From contig JAFTPX010000046.1 of assembly GCA_017463065.1 (NCBI GenBank), positions 18,836 through 82,835 of the forward strand: 64,000 bases of DNA. Direction: 5' to 3'. The translations under genes and the position numbers were made by a program. Below are positions 20,703 to 29,833 of the stretch, piece after piece (the stretch's first letter is position 1; the number at the start of each line of letters is the position of its first letter). A model generated the notes under the pieces. The model did not search any database, had not been told where the DNA came from, and saw only the letters and a list, made by a program, of their open reading frames with translations. The DNA is from Clostridia bacterium (GTDB lineage Bacteria > Bacillota > Clostridia > Oscillospirales > CAG-272).

Positions 20703-21536
20703 ATGGCAGAAGCATGTACGCACAATTGCTCTACGTGTAGCAGCAATTGTTCCTCAAAAGAAAAGAATAGCTTGCTGGAACAGCCTCATGAGCTGAGTAG
20801 TGTTAAGCACATTATCGCGGTGGTCAGCGGAAAGGGTGGCGTGGGAAAGTCCCTTGTAACCTCTATGCTGGCAGTCAATATGCAACGTCTGGGATACAAA
20901 ACCGCTATTCTGGATGCGGACATTACGGGTCCGTCTATTCCCAAAGCATTTGGCTTGAAGAAAACCGTGGAGGGGGATGATCACGGCATGATTCCTCCCT
21001 CGACCACCTCGGGGATTGATATCATGTCGGTAAACCTGATGCTGGAGGACGAAACCAGACCCGTGATCTGGAGAGGTCCTGTCATTGCGGGTGCGGTTAA
21101 GCAGTTCTGGACGGACACCATCTGGCACGATATCGACTATATGTTTATCGACTGTCCTCCCGGAACGGGAGACGTACCGCTGACGATCTTCCAGTCCATT
21201 CCGATTGACGGTGTGGTCATTGTCAGCAGTCCGCAGGAGCTGGTGTCCATGATTGTGGCGAAGGCGGCGAATATGGCGCAGATGATGAATATCCCTGTGT
21301 ACGGTCTGATCGAAAACATGAGCTATGTGAAGTGTCCCGATTGCGGCAAGGAGATCAAGGTCTTCGGCGAGAGCCACATCGATGAGATTGCCGAAAAGTT
21401 CGGCTACGATCTGTTGGCGCGGATCCCCATGGATCCCAAGCTGACGGCTTTGGTGGACAAGGGCTGGATTGAAATGATGGATAATGATTATCTGGAGTCC
21501 GCGGCAGAGGTATTGGTCAGAAGAACGAAGGGTTAA
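20703..21536 (+). CDS. Mrp/NBP35/ApbC-family iron-sulfur cluster carrier ATPase
   Basis: 277 aa. Deviant Walker A SGKGGVGKS and a CPDCG motif. N-terminal Cys cluster CTHNCSTCSSNC. Confidence 0.88.
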   Translation: MAEACTHNCSTCSSNCSSKEKNSLLEQPHELSSVKHIIAVVSGKGGVGKSLVTSMLAVNMQRLGYKTAILDADITGPSIPKAFGLKKTVEGDDHGMIPPSTTSGIDIMSVNLMLEDETRPVIWRGPVIAGAVKQFWTDTIWHDIDYMFIDCPPGTGDVPLTIFQSIPIDGVVIVSSPQELVSMIVAKAANMAQMMNIPVYGLIENMSYVKCPDCGKEIKVFGESHIDEIAEKFGYDLLARIPMDPKLTALVDKGWIEMMDNDYLESAAEVLVRRTKG

Positions 21537-21537
21537 A

Positions 21538-22077
21538 ATGGGCTTCCTTAAAAAAATGAACTTGCTCGTTTTGCTTGGGGCGGGTATCCTTTTACTATTG
21601 CTTTGCTCGGTGTTTGTGATCAATGGGCTCGTGATCGGGGGCGGATCGTCCATCGTGACCGACTTTGCAAGCACTGAGCCCTACGACTGTATTTTGGTGC
21701 TTGGGGCGGGTCTGCGAGCGGACGGTTCGCCCTCGGATATGCTTCGGGATCGGTTGCGAGGGGCGGTAGAGTTGTATGAGCGCGGAGTGTCGGAAGTGAT
21801 TCTTTTGAGCGGCGATTGCTCGGGGGAGGATTACGACGAGGTTTCTGCTATGGAGGACTACTGCCTTTCCCAAGGCGTTCCAAAGACGGCTTTGGTTCGG
21901 GATGATCGTGGCTATTCTACCTACGAGAGCTTGAGTAATGCCAAGCGGGCGGACCGCTATCGGCGGATCGTGGTGGTCACGCAGGAGTATCATCTGTATC
22001 GGGCGCTCTACGTGGCGAATCGCATGGGCATGGAGGCAGATGGCTTTGCCGCGGATTATCATAGCTACCGCGGGTAA
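21538..22077 (+). CDS. SanA/YdcF/ElyC-like DUF218 membrane-anchored protein
   Basis: Start trimmed to ATG 21538, 2 nt after the upstream stop. N-terminal TM helix (LLVLLGAGILLLLLCSVFVI), then DUF218 blocks (CILVLGAGL, VILLSGD, VVVTQEYHLYRALY). Confidence 0.75.
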   Translation: MGFLKKMNLLVLLGAGILLLLLCSVFVINGLVIGGGSSIVTDFASTEPYDCILVLGAGLRADGSPSDMLRDRLRGAVELYERGVSEVILLSGDCSGEDYDEVSAMEDYCLSQGVPKTALVRDDRGYSTYESLSNAKRADRYRRIVVVTQEYHLYRALYVANRMGMEADGFAADYHSYRG

Positions 22078-22170
22078 TGGCTTCGGGACGCGCGAGAGAT
22101 CGGGGCAAGAGTAAAGGACTTTTTTATGGTGTCGTTTGATTCCCCATAACTCCCTTGGAGGGACGAAAAG

Positions 22171-23196
22171 ATGAGTATTACAATCGGAAATGCCGTGCTG
22201 AGGCACGGCTTGCTGTTAGCGCCCATGGCGGGAGTGACCGACCGAACCTTTCGCTTGCTTTGCAAAGAATGGGGTGCGGAATATCTGGTCAGTGAAATGG
22301 TGTCTGCCAAGGCGTTGTGCTATGAGCAGATCGGAAAGCGGAAGGAATCCCTGACTGCGGGAACGGCGCCCTTGGCATCGATCACCGAGGCAGAATCGCC
22401 CATGGCGATCCAGCTCTTTGGCAGAGAGCCCGAATTTATGGCGGAAGCGGCGCGGATGCTGGAGGAGGGATCCTATCGGGGCTGTACCTCCACCGTACCT
22501 CCCGTTGCCATTGACGTGAATATGGGCTGTCCCGTGCGCAAGATCACGGGAAACGGAGAGGGAAGCGCTTTGATGAAGGAGCCCCAATTGGCAGGGCAGA
22601 TCGTTTCTGCCATGGTCAAAGCCACGACACTTCCCGTAACGGTGAAGATTCGCGCGGGCTGGGACGCGGAATCGGTGAATGCGCCGGAGATGGCGAAAAT
22701 TCTGGAGCAGGCAGGCGCATCCTTGATCTGTGTACACGCAAGAACGAGGGAGCAGCTGTATTCCCCGGGAATTGATCTTGGGGTGATCGAGGCGGTCAAG
22801 CGCGCGGTTACCGTTCCCGTGATAGGAAACGGAGACGTGTTGTCAGCGGAGTCGGCACGGCACATGTTGGATGCGACGGGCTGTGACGGCTTGATGATCG
22901 GACGGGGCGCAATGGGAAATCCATGGCTCTTTCGGGAGATCACCGCGGCACTGGAGGGGGCGACCTATGAGCCGCCATCCCTATCCGAGCGTATGAAGAC
23001 CGCAAGTGTCCACTTGGACGGCATGATTGCCCATAAAGGGGATCGTGTCGGGCTTGCGGAGGCGAAAAAGCACATGGCGTGGTATATCAGCGGCGTGCGA
23101 GGCGCGGCATCCGCAAGGTCGGCAATTATGAACGCGCAAACGGCAGAGGAAATTCGGACGGTCTTATATGAGCTGGTTCGACAGAGCGAGGATTGA
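22171..23196 (+). CDS. dusB: tRNA-dihydrouridine synthase
   Basis: 341 aa. Dus-family motifs LAPMAGVTD and DVNMGCPVRKI. Region with the catalytic Cys and FMN barrel is present. Confidence 0.88.
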   Translation: MSITIGNAVLRHGLLLAPMAGVTDRTFRLLCKEWGAEYLVSEMVSAKALCYEQIGKRKESLTAGTAPLASITEAESPMAIQLFGREPEFMAEAARMLEEGSYRGCTSTVPPVAIDVNMGCPVRKITGNGEGSALMKEPQLAGQIVSAMVKATTLPVTVKIRAGWDAESVNAPEMAKILEQAGASLICVHARTREQLYSPGIDLGVIEAVKRAVTVPVIGNGDVLSAESARHMLDATGCDGLMIGRGAMGNPWLFREITAALEGATYEPPSLSERMKTASVHLDGMIAHKGDRVGLAEAKKHMAWYISGVRGAASARSAIMNAQTAEEIRTVLYELVRQSED

Positions 23197-23254
23197 TCCG
23201 AGGAAAGAGGTACCGTCTGGAAGCACGGTTGGTTCAGCCCAAGAGTAAAAACGA

Positions 23255-23296
23255 AAAAACGCTGTCTGCGTCGGAGTAACGGAAGACAGCGTTTTT
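23255..23296. terminator. bidirectional terminator (dus, and convergent small membrane-protein gene)
   Basis: AAAAAACGCTGTCT-(16 nt)-AGACAGCGTTTTT. An A-run and a T-run flank the stem. Confidence 0.75.
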
Positions 23297-23543
23297 ATCC
23301 TTTTTTGAGTATGTAATCGATCAGTAAACAGCCTCCGAGCAATAGGGTGAGACTCATTAGCGGGTATTCCAGCAGGGGAAGATAGATGTGCAAAAGAACG
23401 TCGGCAGAGACGGTGGACTGTTCGGTCAGCATGAATAAAAAAAGAATGCTCAACTGGAAGAGAATGGCGTACAGACCGTAGATAAGGCAAATCCGAGAGG
23501 GTTTGCTGATAGAGGCTTTGCTTGTAATCGTTCGTTTTTTCAT
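23295..23543 (-). CDS. hypothetical small membrane protein (82 aa, two predicted TM helices)
   Basis: Start trimmed to the ATG behind a GGAGGAAAAC RBS (MKKRTITSK...). Has its own consensus promoter and terminator. I recognise no family. Confidence 0.6.
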   Translation of the reverse strand: MKKRTITSKASISKPSRICLIYGLYAILFQLSILFLFMLTEQSTVSADVLLHIYLPLLEYPLMSLTLLLGGCLLIDYILKKG

Positions 23544-23582
23544 GTTTTCCTCCGTGTAACAATTGTAAAAAATCTTGTTTTT

Positions 23583-23611
23583 ATTGTACTGTAATTTTCG
23601 GCGCATGTCAA
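23583..23611 (-). promoter_or_regulatory. sigma-A promoter for the small membrane-protein gene
   Basis: On the minus strand: TTGACA, 17 nt, TACAAT. Confidence 0.75.
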
Positions 23612-23673
23612 TAGTGAATAGACGGAAACAAGAGAATTAATTGCTACCTACGGGAATATTTGGCGAAAACCTC

Positions 23674-23702
23674 TTTACTTATGAGAGCTTTTATGGTATA
23701 AT
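23674..23702 (+). promoter_or_regulatory. sigma-A promoter of nrdR (extended -10)
   Basis: TTTACT, 17 nt, TGgTATAAT (TATAAT at 23697-23702). Confidence 0.7.
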
Positions 23703-23756
23703 ATACTTAAATAATACATGGAAAGGCGTAGCTACGGCTATAGAAGGAATATACGT

Positions 23757-24200
23757 ATGAAATGTCCTGTTTGTGGCTTTGTAGACAGTAAGGTGGTGGA
23801 TTCCCGTCCCGTGGAGGAGGGGAACAGCATTCGGCGTCGAAGAGAATGTCTGGCTTGTCAGAAGCGGTTTACGACCTTTGAGGTGTTGGAGACCGTTCAG
23901 ATTATCGTGCTGAAGAAGGATGGATCCAAGGAGCTGTTTGACCGCACGAAGCTGTTGTCAGGCTTGCTCAAAGCGTGCCAGAAGCGTCCTGTAAACGCGG
24001 AGGAGATCGTCAGCGAGATCGAGAATGAATTGCAAAATTCCTTGACCAACGAGGTCACGACCACCCAGATCGGAGAGATGGTGATGGATTACCTGAAGGC
24101 AAGAGATGAGGTGGCGTATGTTCGCTTTGCTTCGGTGTACCGTGAATTCAAGGATATCGAAACCTTCCTTGCTGAGCTGAAGCAGTTAAAGGGAGATTAA
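23757..24200 (+). CDS. nrdR: transcriptional repressor NrdR
   Basis: Start trimmed to ATG 23757. Zn-ribbon MKCPVCG...[12 protein letters not shown], followed by an ATP-cone. 147 aa. Confidence 0.95.
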   Translation: MKCPVCGFVDSKVVDSRPVEEGNSIRRRRECLACQKRFTTFEVLETVQIIVLKKDGSKELFDRTKLLSGLLKACQKRPVNAEEIVSEIENELQNSLTNEVTTTQIGEMVMDYLKARDEVAYVRFASVYREFKDIETFLAELKQLKGD

Positions 24201-24231
24201 AAAATAGCCGTGAAGATCACGGCTATTTTTT
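24199..24231. terminator. bidirectional terminator (nrdR / folD, convergent)
   Basis: AAAAATAGCCGTGA-AGA-TCACGGCTATTTTTT. Perfect 10-bp stem flanked by an A-run and a T-run. Confidence 0.9.
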
Positions 24232-24233
24232 GT

Positions 24234-25085
24234 TTAGCGAACCGAATCCTTGGCTGCGGTCAGCGTGTTTTTCATGAGCATGGTGATGGTCATGGGACCG
24301 ACACCGCCCGGAACGGGGGTGATGTAGGATGCCTTGGGAGCAACCGAATCAAAATCCACGTCTCCCGTCAGCTTGCCGTCCGCGCGGCGGTTCATGCCTA
24401 CGTCAATGACGACGGCGCCTTCCTTAATCATATCCGCGGTGAAGAAATCTGCCTTGCCGATGGCGGCAACCAGAATGTCCGCACGGCGGCAGACCTCGGC
24501 GAGATTTTTCGTACGGCTGTGGCAGACCGTTACCGTGCCGTTGGCGTGAAGCAGAAGCATCGCCTGAGGCTTGCCCACGATATTGGAGCGCCCCACAACG
24601 ACACATTCCTTGCCCGTAATGTCAATTCCGCTTCTCTCCAGCAGAGCCATGACACCTGCGGGGGTGCAGGGAAGAAAGGAGTAATCGCCGATCATGATTC
24701 GTCCCACGTTTGTGGGGTGAAAGGCATCCACGTCCTTTTTGGGATCGATCCGCAAAATGACTTCGTTTTCGTCCAGATGCTTAGGGAGGGGAAGCTGACA
24801 GAGGATGCCGTGAATGGCGGGATCCTCATTGAGCTTGTCCACAAGGGCATTCAGCTCCTGTTGAGTGGTGCTTGCGGGGAGCTCGTACGCCTTGGAATAA
24901 AATCCGACCTCGTCGCAGGCACGGCGCTTGTTCCGTACGTAGACCTGCGAGGCGGGATCCTCTCCCACGATAATGACCGCGAGTCCCGGGCGGAATCCGT
25001 GTTCCTTTTCAAATGCCGCGGTTTCTTCCTTGATCTCCGCGCGGATTGCCGCAGAGATCGCTTTTCCGTCAATGATGTTTGCCAT
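24234..25085 (-). CDS. folD: bifunctional methylenetetrahydrofolate dehydrogenase / methenyl-THF cyclohydrolase
   Basis: 283 aa. Motifs: [38 protein letters not shown]. Confidence 0.95.
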   Translation of the reverse strand: MANIIDGKAISAAIRAEIKEETAAFEKEHGFRPGLAVIIVGEDPASQVYVRNKRRACDEVGFYSKAYELPASTTQQELNALVDKLNEDPAIHGILCQLPLPKHLDENEVILRIDPKKDVDAFHPTNVGRIMIGDYSFLPCTPAGVMALLERSGIDITGKECVVVGRSNIVGKPQAMLLLHANGTVTVCHSRTKNLAEVCRRADILVAAIGKADFFTADMIKEGAVVIDVGMNRRADGKLTGDVDFDSVAPKASYITPVPGGVGPMTITMLMKNTLTAAKDSVR

Positions 25086-25166
25086 GGTTTGTTTCCTTTT
25101 CGTTTTTTTTGTTTGTATTAGTTATCGTTTTCTTTTTGTTTCGAACAAATCGGCGAAGCGGTTGGC

Positions 25167-26183
25167 TCAATTCTCATTTCCCTCGGAAATAAAATTGTCG
25201 TTGTTTTCAGCTTCGTTCGTTTGGGGATTGATGTTTTCGTCGTCGACAGATTCGATCTCCTCACCCTCTTCCGCTTGTGGATCGGCAGTGGGAACGATCG
25301 TGTTGGAAATGCCCGTGATTTTCGAGTAGGCGGGCTCGTAATCCTTGGCGGTCAGCTCAGCGCGGTGAGCCTTTGCCAGATTGAGGATCAGCAACAGCGC
25401 GCCCACGATGAAGCAGAGAAAGCCCAGGACCTGAGAAATGCGGAATACGCCCACGTACAGACTGTCGGTACGGAGTCCCTCGATGAGCATTCTGCCGAAG
25501 CCGTACCACGTCACGTACATCAGAAGCACCTGACCGTCAAACTTTTTCTTTTTGTAGAGGAAGTGGATGAGAATAAAGCCCAAAAGATTCCACAGGGATT
25601 CGTACAGAAAGGTTGGATGGACGTAAGCCATTCCTCGTACGCCTTCGATGTTGTGAGGGCTCAGTCCCATGCGAAGGAAGTAGAGAGGACTGTTCTCGGG
25701 AACCACAGAGCCGTAGGCTTCTCCGTTAAAGAAATTGCCCCATCTGCCGAGGATCTGTCCGATCATGACCGCGGGGGCGGTAGCGTCCAGCATTTTCAGA
25801 GACTGAATTTTTTTGATACGGCAGGTAATGAGAATGGTCAGCGCCCCCGCGATGATGGCGCCGTAGATGGCAAGTCCGCCATTCCAGATGGCGATGACCT
25901 CCCCGAAGCTGTCGTATTTATCCAAAGAGGTGAGTACGTAGTAAAGCCGCGCGCCGATCACGGCGAAAATAATGGTGAAGAGCGCAATATCCAAAAGGTC
26001 GTCAAAGATGATGCCTTCCTGCTTGGAGCGATAGGCGCAGTAGGTAAAGGCAAGAATAATACCGAGGGTAATGATGAGCCCGTAAAAGCGTACCTCGATT
26101 CCACCAAAGATCGGAATGGTAAAGGCGACGGAATGGAGGGTAAAGCTGTCAATACCCAGACCCGGGAAAGAAACGGTAACCAT
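25167..26183 (-). CDS. lgt: prolipoprotein diacylglyceryl transferase
   Basis: 338 aa. Polytopic, with the Lgt signature GRWGNFFNGEAYG and HPTFLYESLWN. Carries an extra acidic C-terminal tail of about 60 aa. Confidence 0.9.
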   Translation of the reverse strand: MVTVSFPGLGIDSFTLHSVAFTIPIFGGIEVRFYGLIITLGIILAFTYCAYRSKQEGIIFDDLLDIALFTIIFAVIGARLYYVLTSLDKYDSFGEVIAIWNGGLAIYGAIIAGALTILITCRIKKIQSLKMLDATAPAVMIGQILGRWGNFFNGEAYGSVVPENSPLYFLRMGLSPHNIEGVRGMAYVHPTFLYESLWNLLGFILIHFLYKKKKFDGQVLLMYVTWYGFGRMLIEGLRTDSLYVGVFRISQVLGFLCFIVGALLLILNLAKAHRAELTAKDYEPAYSKITGISNTIVPTADPQAEEGEEIESVDDENINPQTNEAENNDNFISEGNEN

Positions 26184-26196
26184 AAAGTTCTCCTTT

Positions 26197-27519
26197 TTAT
26201 TGTTGATTGGTTGATCCTTCCAAGGGAAGGATGACAGAGAGGCAGGTGACGTTTTGGCGGAAGGCGGTCTTCATCAGCTCGCAAACCTCCTCAAAGGTGA
26301 TCTGTTCCAGAATCTCGGCGTAGGAAAGTAGCTCGCTGTCCTCGCAGATAAAGGAAAACAGATTGTTGGCGATGCTATCGGTGGAGTCAAAGGATTTGAC
26401 GAATTCGGCGTACATGACCCGCTTTCCCCGTAGGAAATCTTCGCGGGAAAGCCCTTCTTCGGATACCTTGCTCAAATAGTGGAGGATCTCCTCGAGTACC
26501 GCCTTTGGATCATCCGCCTCACCTGCCAGCGAATTGTACGCCGTGCTTTCGGAAATGCTGTATCCGTAAGAGAAGGACGGGGACATCAACTCCTTTTCGA
26601 TCAACGTGTTATATAGCTTGCCCGCACGGGAGAAGAGCATTTCGTTGAGAATCGCCATGGCGGCATCCTTTCTCTGACGGGCTTGTCCGTTCGTGGGGAT
26701 ATCCGTATCCTTGAAGCCGATGTTAAACAGGGGCTTGGAAACCTGCATTCTTTGCTCCCGATAGGCTTGAAAAACGTCCGCGGGCTCCGCATCGTTTTCA
26801 TTGACGCAAAGCACGTTTTTTTGCTCGGCTTGCTGTGGCAGATACTGATCCGCGATGCGCAGGACGGCTTCGTCGGTCACGTCTCCGCAGACCACAAGCG
26901 CCATGTTGGATAAGCGGTAGAAGGTGTGATAGCAACGGTAAAGCAGATCGGCGGTGATCTTCGAGATCGATTGGACCGACCCGCAGATGTTTCTGCGGAT
27001 GCTGTGATGCTCGTACATTGCTTCCAGCATGCCGTAGAAGCAACGGTCGGAGGGGTTATCGTCGTACATACGGATCTCCTCCCCGATGATCCCCAGTTCC
27101 GCCGCTACCGATTCGGGGGTGAAATAGGGGTGGGTGACGAAATCCAGAAGCTCGCCGAGGGAGTCCTCAAAGCGGTCGGTACAGCTGAACAGATAACAGG
27201 TCTTGTTAAAGGACGTGTAGGCGTTTGCGTCGGCGCCGTAGTCGGAAAATCGCTCAAAGGCATCGCTTCCGTCCTCACAGGTGAAGAGCTTATGCTCCAG
27301 AAAATGCGCAATCCCGTCGGGAACATTGACCCAATCTGCTTCGTCTTCCATGCGGAATCGATTGTGGATCGATCCGTATTTTGTCCCGAACAGCGCATAG
27401 GTGGCGGTCATTTTTTTGGGGAATACGTAAATATCCAGCCCCGAAGGATGACGGTATTTCCGATATTCCTCTCGAAGCTGTCTGCTTTGATAAACGGTGC
27501 AGGGAATCGGGTTAGTCAT
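26197..27519 (-). CDS. M16-family zinc peptidase (catalytic subunit, HxxEH present)
   Basis: Start trimmed to ATG 27519 behind an AAAGGAGGAG RBS, overlapping the upstream stop by 8 nt. Inverted zinc motif IAHFLEHKLF. Confidence 0.85.
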   Translation of the reverse strand: MTNPIPCTVYQSRQLREEYRKYRHPSGLDIYVFPKKMTATYALFGTKYGSIHNRFRMEDEADWVNVPDGIAHFLEHKLFTCEDGSDAFERFSDYGADANAYTSFNKTCYLFSCTDRFEDSLGELLDFVTHPYFTPESVAAELGIIGEEIRMYDDNPSDRCFYGMLEAMYEHHSIRRNICGSVQSISKITADLLYRCYHTFYRLSNMALVVCGDVTDEAVLRIADQYLPQQAEQKNVLCVNENDAEPADVFQAYREQRMQVSKPLFNIGFKDTDIPTNGQARQRKDAAMAILNEMLFSRAGKLYNTLIEKELMSPSFSYGYSISESTAYNSLAGEADDPKAVLEEILHYLSKVSEEGLSREDFLRGKRVMYAEFVKSFDSTDSIANNLFSFICEDSELLSYAEILEQITFEEVCELMKTAFRQNVTCLSVILPLEGSTNQQ

Positions 27520-28816
27520 CTTGCTCCTCCTTTCCCTCGCCGCTGAGCGTGCCTTCAATGAAAAATACCGTGTCGTGTATCACGCGCCCCGCCAGCGCGA
27601 TCACGTCTTCTGGCGTGACAGTGGCGACCCCGCGGCGGCAATCCTCTATGCTCTCGGAAAGTCCGAACAGCGAGCGGTTGCCAAAGAAGGCTTGCAGCTC
27701 AAAGGGATTGTCGTAAATCTGCCGATAGGCGTTTTCCAGAGAAACCTTGGCGGCGCGGAATTCCGTTTCGCTGACGTTGCCAAGTCGGATCTGCTCCAGC
27801 TGCTCCAGAATTGCCTTTTCGGTTCTCTCGCGATTGGCGGACTCGATTCCCGCGCTTACCGAAAGGATACCGTTATATTGGTTGTAGGATGAGGAGCAGT
27901 AATAGCACAGACTCATCTTTTCTCGAACGTTCATGAATAGTTTAGAGGCGGGAGAGCCGCCGAAGATCTCGTTGATCACCAACGCCGTGTAATAATCAGA
28001 ACTGTTTTGGCTTGCCGTCACGCCCGTGCGGAAGCCCATGGCGAGCTTCCCTTGAGAGACGGGCATTGTCTCCACCTTGGAGCAGTACCCCGCGCTTTTC
28101 TCCGCCAGGGGCAGCAGTAACGACTGTTTGAGGGGGGCGTTCCATTCTCCGAAAAAGCGGAGAAGCTTGTCAGCAACCGCTTGAGGAGGGAGCGTGCCGA
28201 CGTAAAATGCCTCCAGCGGCGCGCGGCTCAGAAGACGGCGATAAAACTCCGCGAGATTGGTTTCGTTGATCTCCTCAAGACCGTCCTCCCGTTCCTTCAG
28301 GGTAGGTTGGGAGTCGTCCTCTCGGGACATCAGCTCCGCCAAACGAATGTTGGCGAGAATACGGGTGTGATTGATGGCGGAACGGAAGGTGTCCCGCTTG
28401 AACCGTTTTTCCTGCTCTACGATAGCGCGGTCAAAGCTGCCGTCCGTCATGCGGGGGTGGAGCAGCATTTGTGCCAATACCTCCATAACCCCGTCCAGAA
28501 TGGAGTCTTCGTCAGCGGCGTAAGCGTCGTCCAGAACCTCAGCCGTCAGCACAAGGGCAAGATTTTTGCCCACTTGCGTGTTGCGGATCTCCACGCACGC
28601 CGCATACAGCTCGTCCAGACGGCGGTTCAGTGCCGCCATGTCGGGATACCGTTCAGTTCCTCGGCGAAGGACCTCGGGCAGGATCGCACTGAAAATGACG
28701 CTTTTGCGATCGATGGGGATGGGAAGGGTGAGCGTCAGCACTCCCGTTTTAAACTTGTCCGTTTGAATACAGGACAGATGAATATGTTCGGTGACATGAA
28801 CCTTTTGTAAAGTCAT
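27512..28816 (-). CDS. M16-family peptidase-like protein (zinc motif degenerate; probable non-catalytic partner)
   Basis: 434 aa with M16 fold-like length and blocks. SAILPEVLRRGT sits at the position where the partner has AHFLEHKLF, so both His residues are lost. Confidence 0.75.
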   Translation of the reverse strand: MTLQKVHVTEHIHLSCIQTDKFKTGVLTLTLPIPIDRKSVIFSAILPEVLRRGTERYPDMAALNRRLDELYAACVEIRNTQVGKNLALVLTAEVLDDAYAADEDSILDGVMEVLAQMLLHPRMTDGSFDRAIVEQEKRFKRDTFRSAINHTRILANIRLAELMSREDDSQPTLKEREDGLEEINETNLAEFYRRLLSRAPLEAFYVGTLPPQAVADKLLRFFGEWNAPLKQSLLLPLAEKSAGYCSKVETMPVSQGKLAMGFRTGVTASQNSSDYYTALVINEIFGGSPASKLFMNVREKMSLCYYCSSSYNQYNGILSVSAGIESANRERTEKAILEQLEQIRLGNVSETEFRAAKVSLENAYRQIYDNPFELQAFFGNRSLFGLSESIEDCRRGVATVTPEDVIALAGRVIHDTVFFIEGTLSGEGKEEQDD

Positions 28817-28851
28817 GCGTCCTCCGTGAATCGTTTATTATTTATTCAATT

Positions 28852-28880
28852 ATTATACTACATAAATATGACGATTGCAA
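28852..28880 (-). promoter_or_regulatory. sigma-A promoter of the M16-M16-lgt-folD operon
   Basis: On the minus strand: TTGCAA, 17 nt, TATAAT. Confidence 0.75.
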
Positions 28881-28960
28881 CACCAATTTATTAATAAACT
28901 ATAATTTTGAGGGAAAGAAAAAGAAAAAAAGGAAAAAATAAAAAATAATCACAAAAAGGC

Positions 28961-28990
28961 TTGACAAACGATTTGCGAATGTGGTATAAT
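28961..28990 (+). promoter_or_regulatory. sigma-A promoter of rplU-prp-rpmA with upstream A-tract
   Basis: TTGACA (28961-28966), 18 nt, TGgTATAAT (TATAAT at 28985-28990). A roughly 50-nt purine/A-rich tract at 28909-28959 resembles an UP element. Confidence 0.85.
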
Positions 28991-28996
28991 ATACTG

Positions 28997-29066
28997 CCGC
29001 TTAGTGTCGGGCTCTTTTAAGTGCGGTTTGCGCCGCCCGATTTAGCGAGTCTATAAAGAAAGAGAG
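28997..29066 (+). promoter_or_regulatory. structured 5' leader of rplU (candidate L21 autoregulatory leader)
   Basis: Nested hairpin TCGGGC..(GCGG-TTTGCG-CCGC)..GCCCGA at 29007-29040, between the promoter and the RBS. Its position matches the known Firmicute L21 leader. The class is not verified. Confidence 0.4.
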
Positions 29067-29075
29067 GTGCTTTTC

Positions 29076-29387
29076 GTGTACGCAGTAATTGAAACAGGCG
29101 GAAAGCAGTACAAGGTTAACGAGGGCGATATCATTTTCATTGAGAAGCTCGACGTGAACGAAGGCGATACGGTTACGTTTGACCGTGTCAAGGCAGTATC
29201 GATGGGAAATGAGTTTAAGGTTGGAACTCCTACCGTTGAGGGTGCGGCAGTTACCGCAAAGGTCGTTGCAAACGGCAAGGGCAAGAAAATTTATGTAATG
29301 AAGTACAAGGCAAAGAAGAACGAGAAGAAGAAGATCGGTCACAGACAGCCTTATACCAAGGTACAGATCCTGTCCATTCAGGGCTGA
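29076..29387 (+). CDS. rplU: 50S ribosomal protein L21
   Basis: Start moved to GTG 29076, which gives the canonical (M)[22 protein letters not shown] 8 nt upstream. Confidence 0.93.
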   Translation: MYAVIETGGKQYKVNEGDIIFIEKLDVNEGDTVTFDRVKAVSMGNEFKVGTPTVEGAAVTAKVVANGKGKKIYVMKYKAKKNEKKKIGHRQPYTKVQILSIQG

Positions 29388-29402
29388 GCTTGAGTCACTG
29401 AA

Positions 29403-29762
29403 ATGACGAAAATCGTTTTTTTCAGAAGCGGAGGAACCTTTTACGGGTTTGAGGAGCATGGTCACGCGGGATATGCGGAGGCCGGAGACGACGTGCTGTG
29501 TGCGGCGTTGTCCGCCATGACTATGTTGATTATCAACACGGTGGAGGTCGCTTACGCGTCGGACGTGGAATATACCATCGACGAAGGGGCGACACACATT
29601 ATGGTTCGTGCCAAGGCTGCGCTTCCCGAGTTTGAGGAGGACGAAAGAAAACGCTATGCGGTTTCGGGTCTCTTCCAGTCGTATTACTATCAGTTGAATG
29701 AATTGCTTGAGGAGTATTACGATTATCTGGATGTGGAAGTCAAGGACATCGACTACGTTTAA
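29403..29762 (+). CDS. ribosomal-processing cysteine protease Prp
   Basis: 119 aa, between L21 and L27. Conserved HGHAGYAE...DVLCAALSA His/Cys dyad context. Confidence 0.85.
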   Translation: MTKIVFFRSGGTFYGFEEHGHAGYAEAGDDVLCAALSAMTMLIINTVEVAYASDVEYTIDEGATHIMVRAKAALPEFEEDERKRYAVSGLFQSYYYQLNELLEEYYDYLDVEVKDIDYV

Positions 29763-29833
29763 GGAAAAACGCTTTTGAGGTCGCACGTGCGAAATTGTAC
29801 AATAAATTACATGAAATTAGGAGGAACGAATCC

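Noticed and set aside
24210-25121. A 303-aa plus-strand ORF opposite folD, and a 337-aa plus-strand ORF (25221-26234) opposite lgt
   Set aside because: The minus-strand products carry unambiguous FolD and Lgt signatures. The plus-strand ORFs are their antisense shadows.
28784-28798. HVTEH near the N-terminus (residues 7-11) of the first M16-like protein looks like an HxxEH zinc motif
   Set aside because: Its position is wrong. The genuine motif lies about 40-70 residues in, within a GxAHFLEHxxF context, and that aligned position reads AILPEV here. The match is coincidental.
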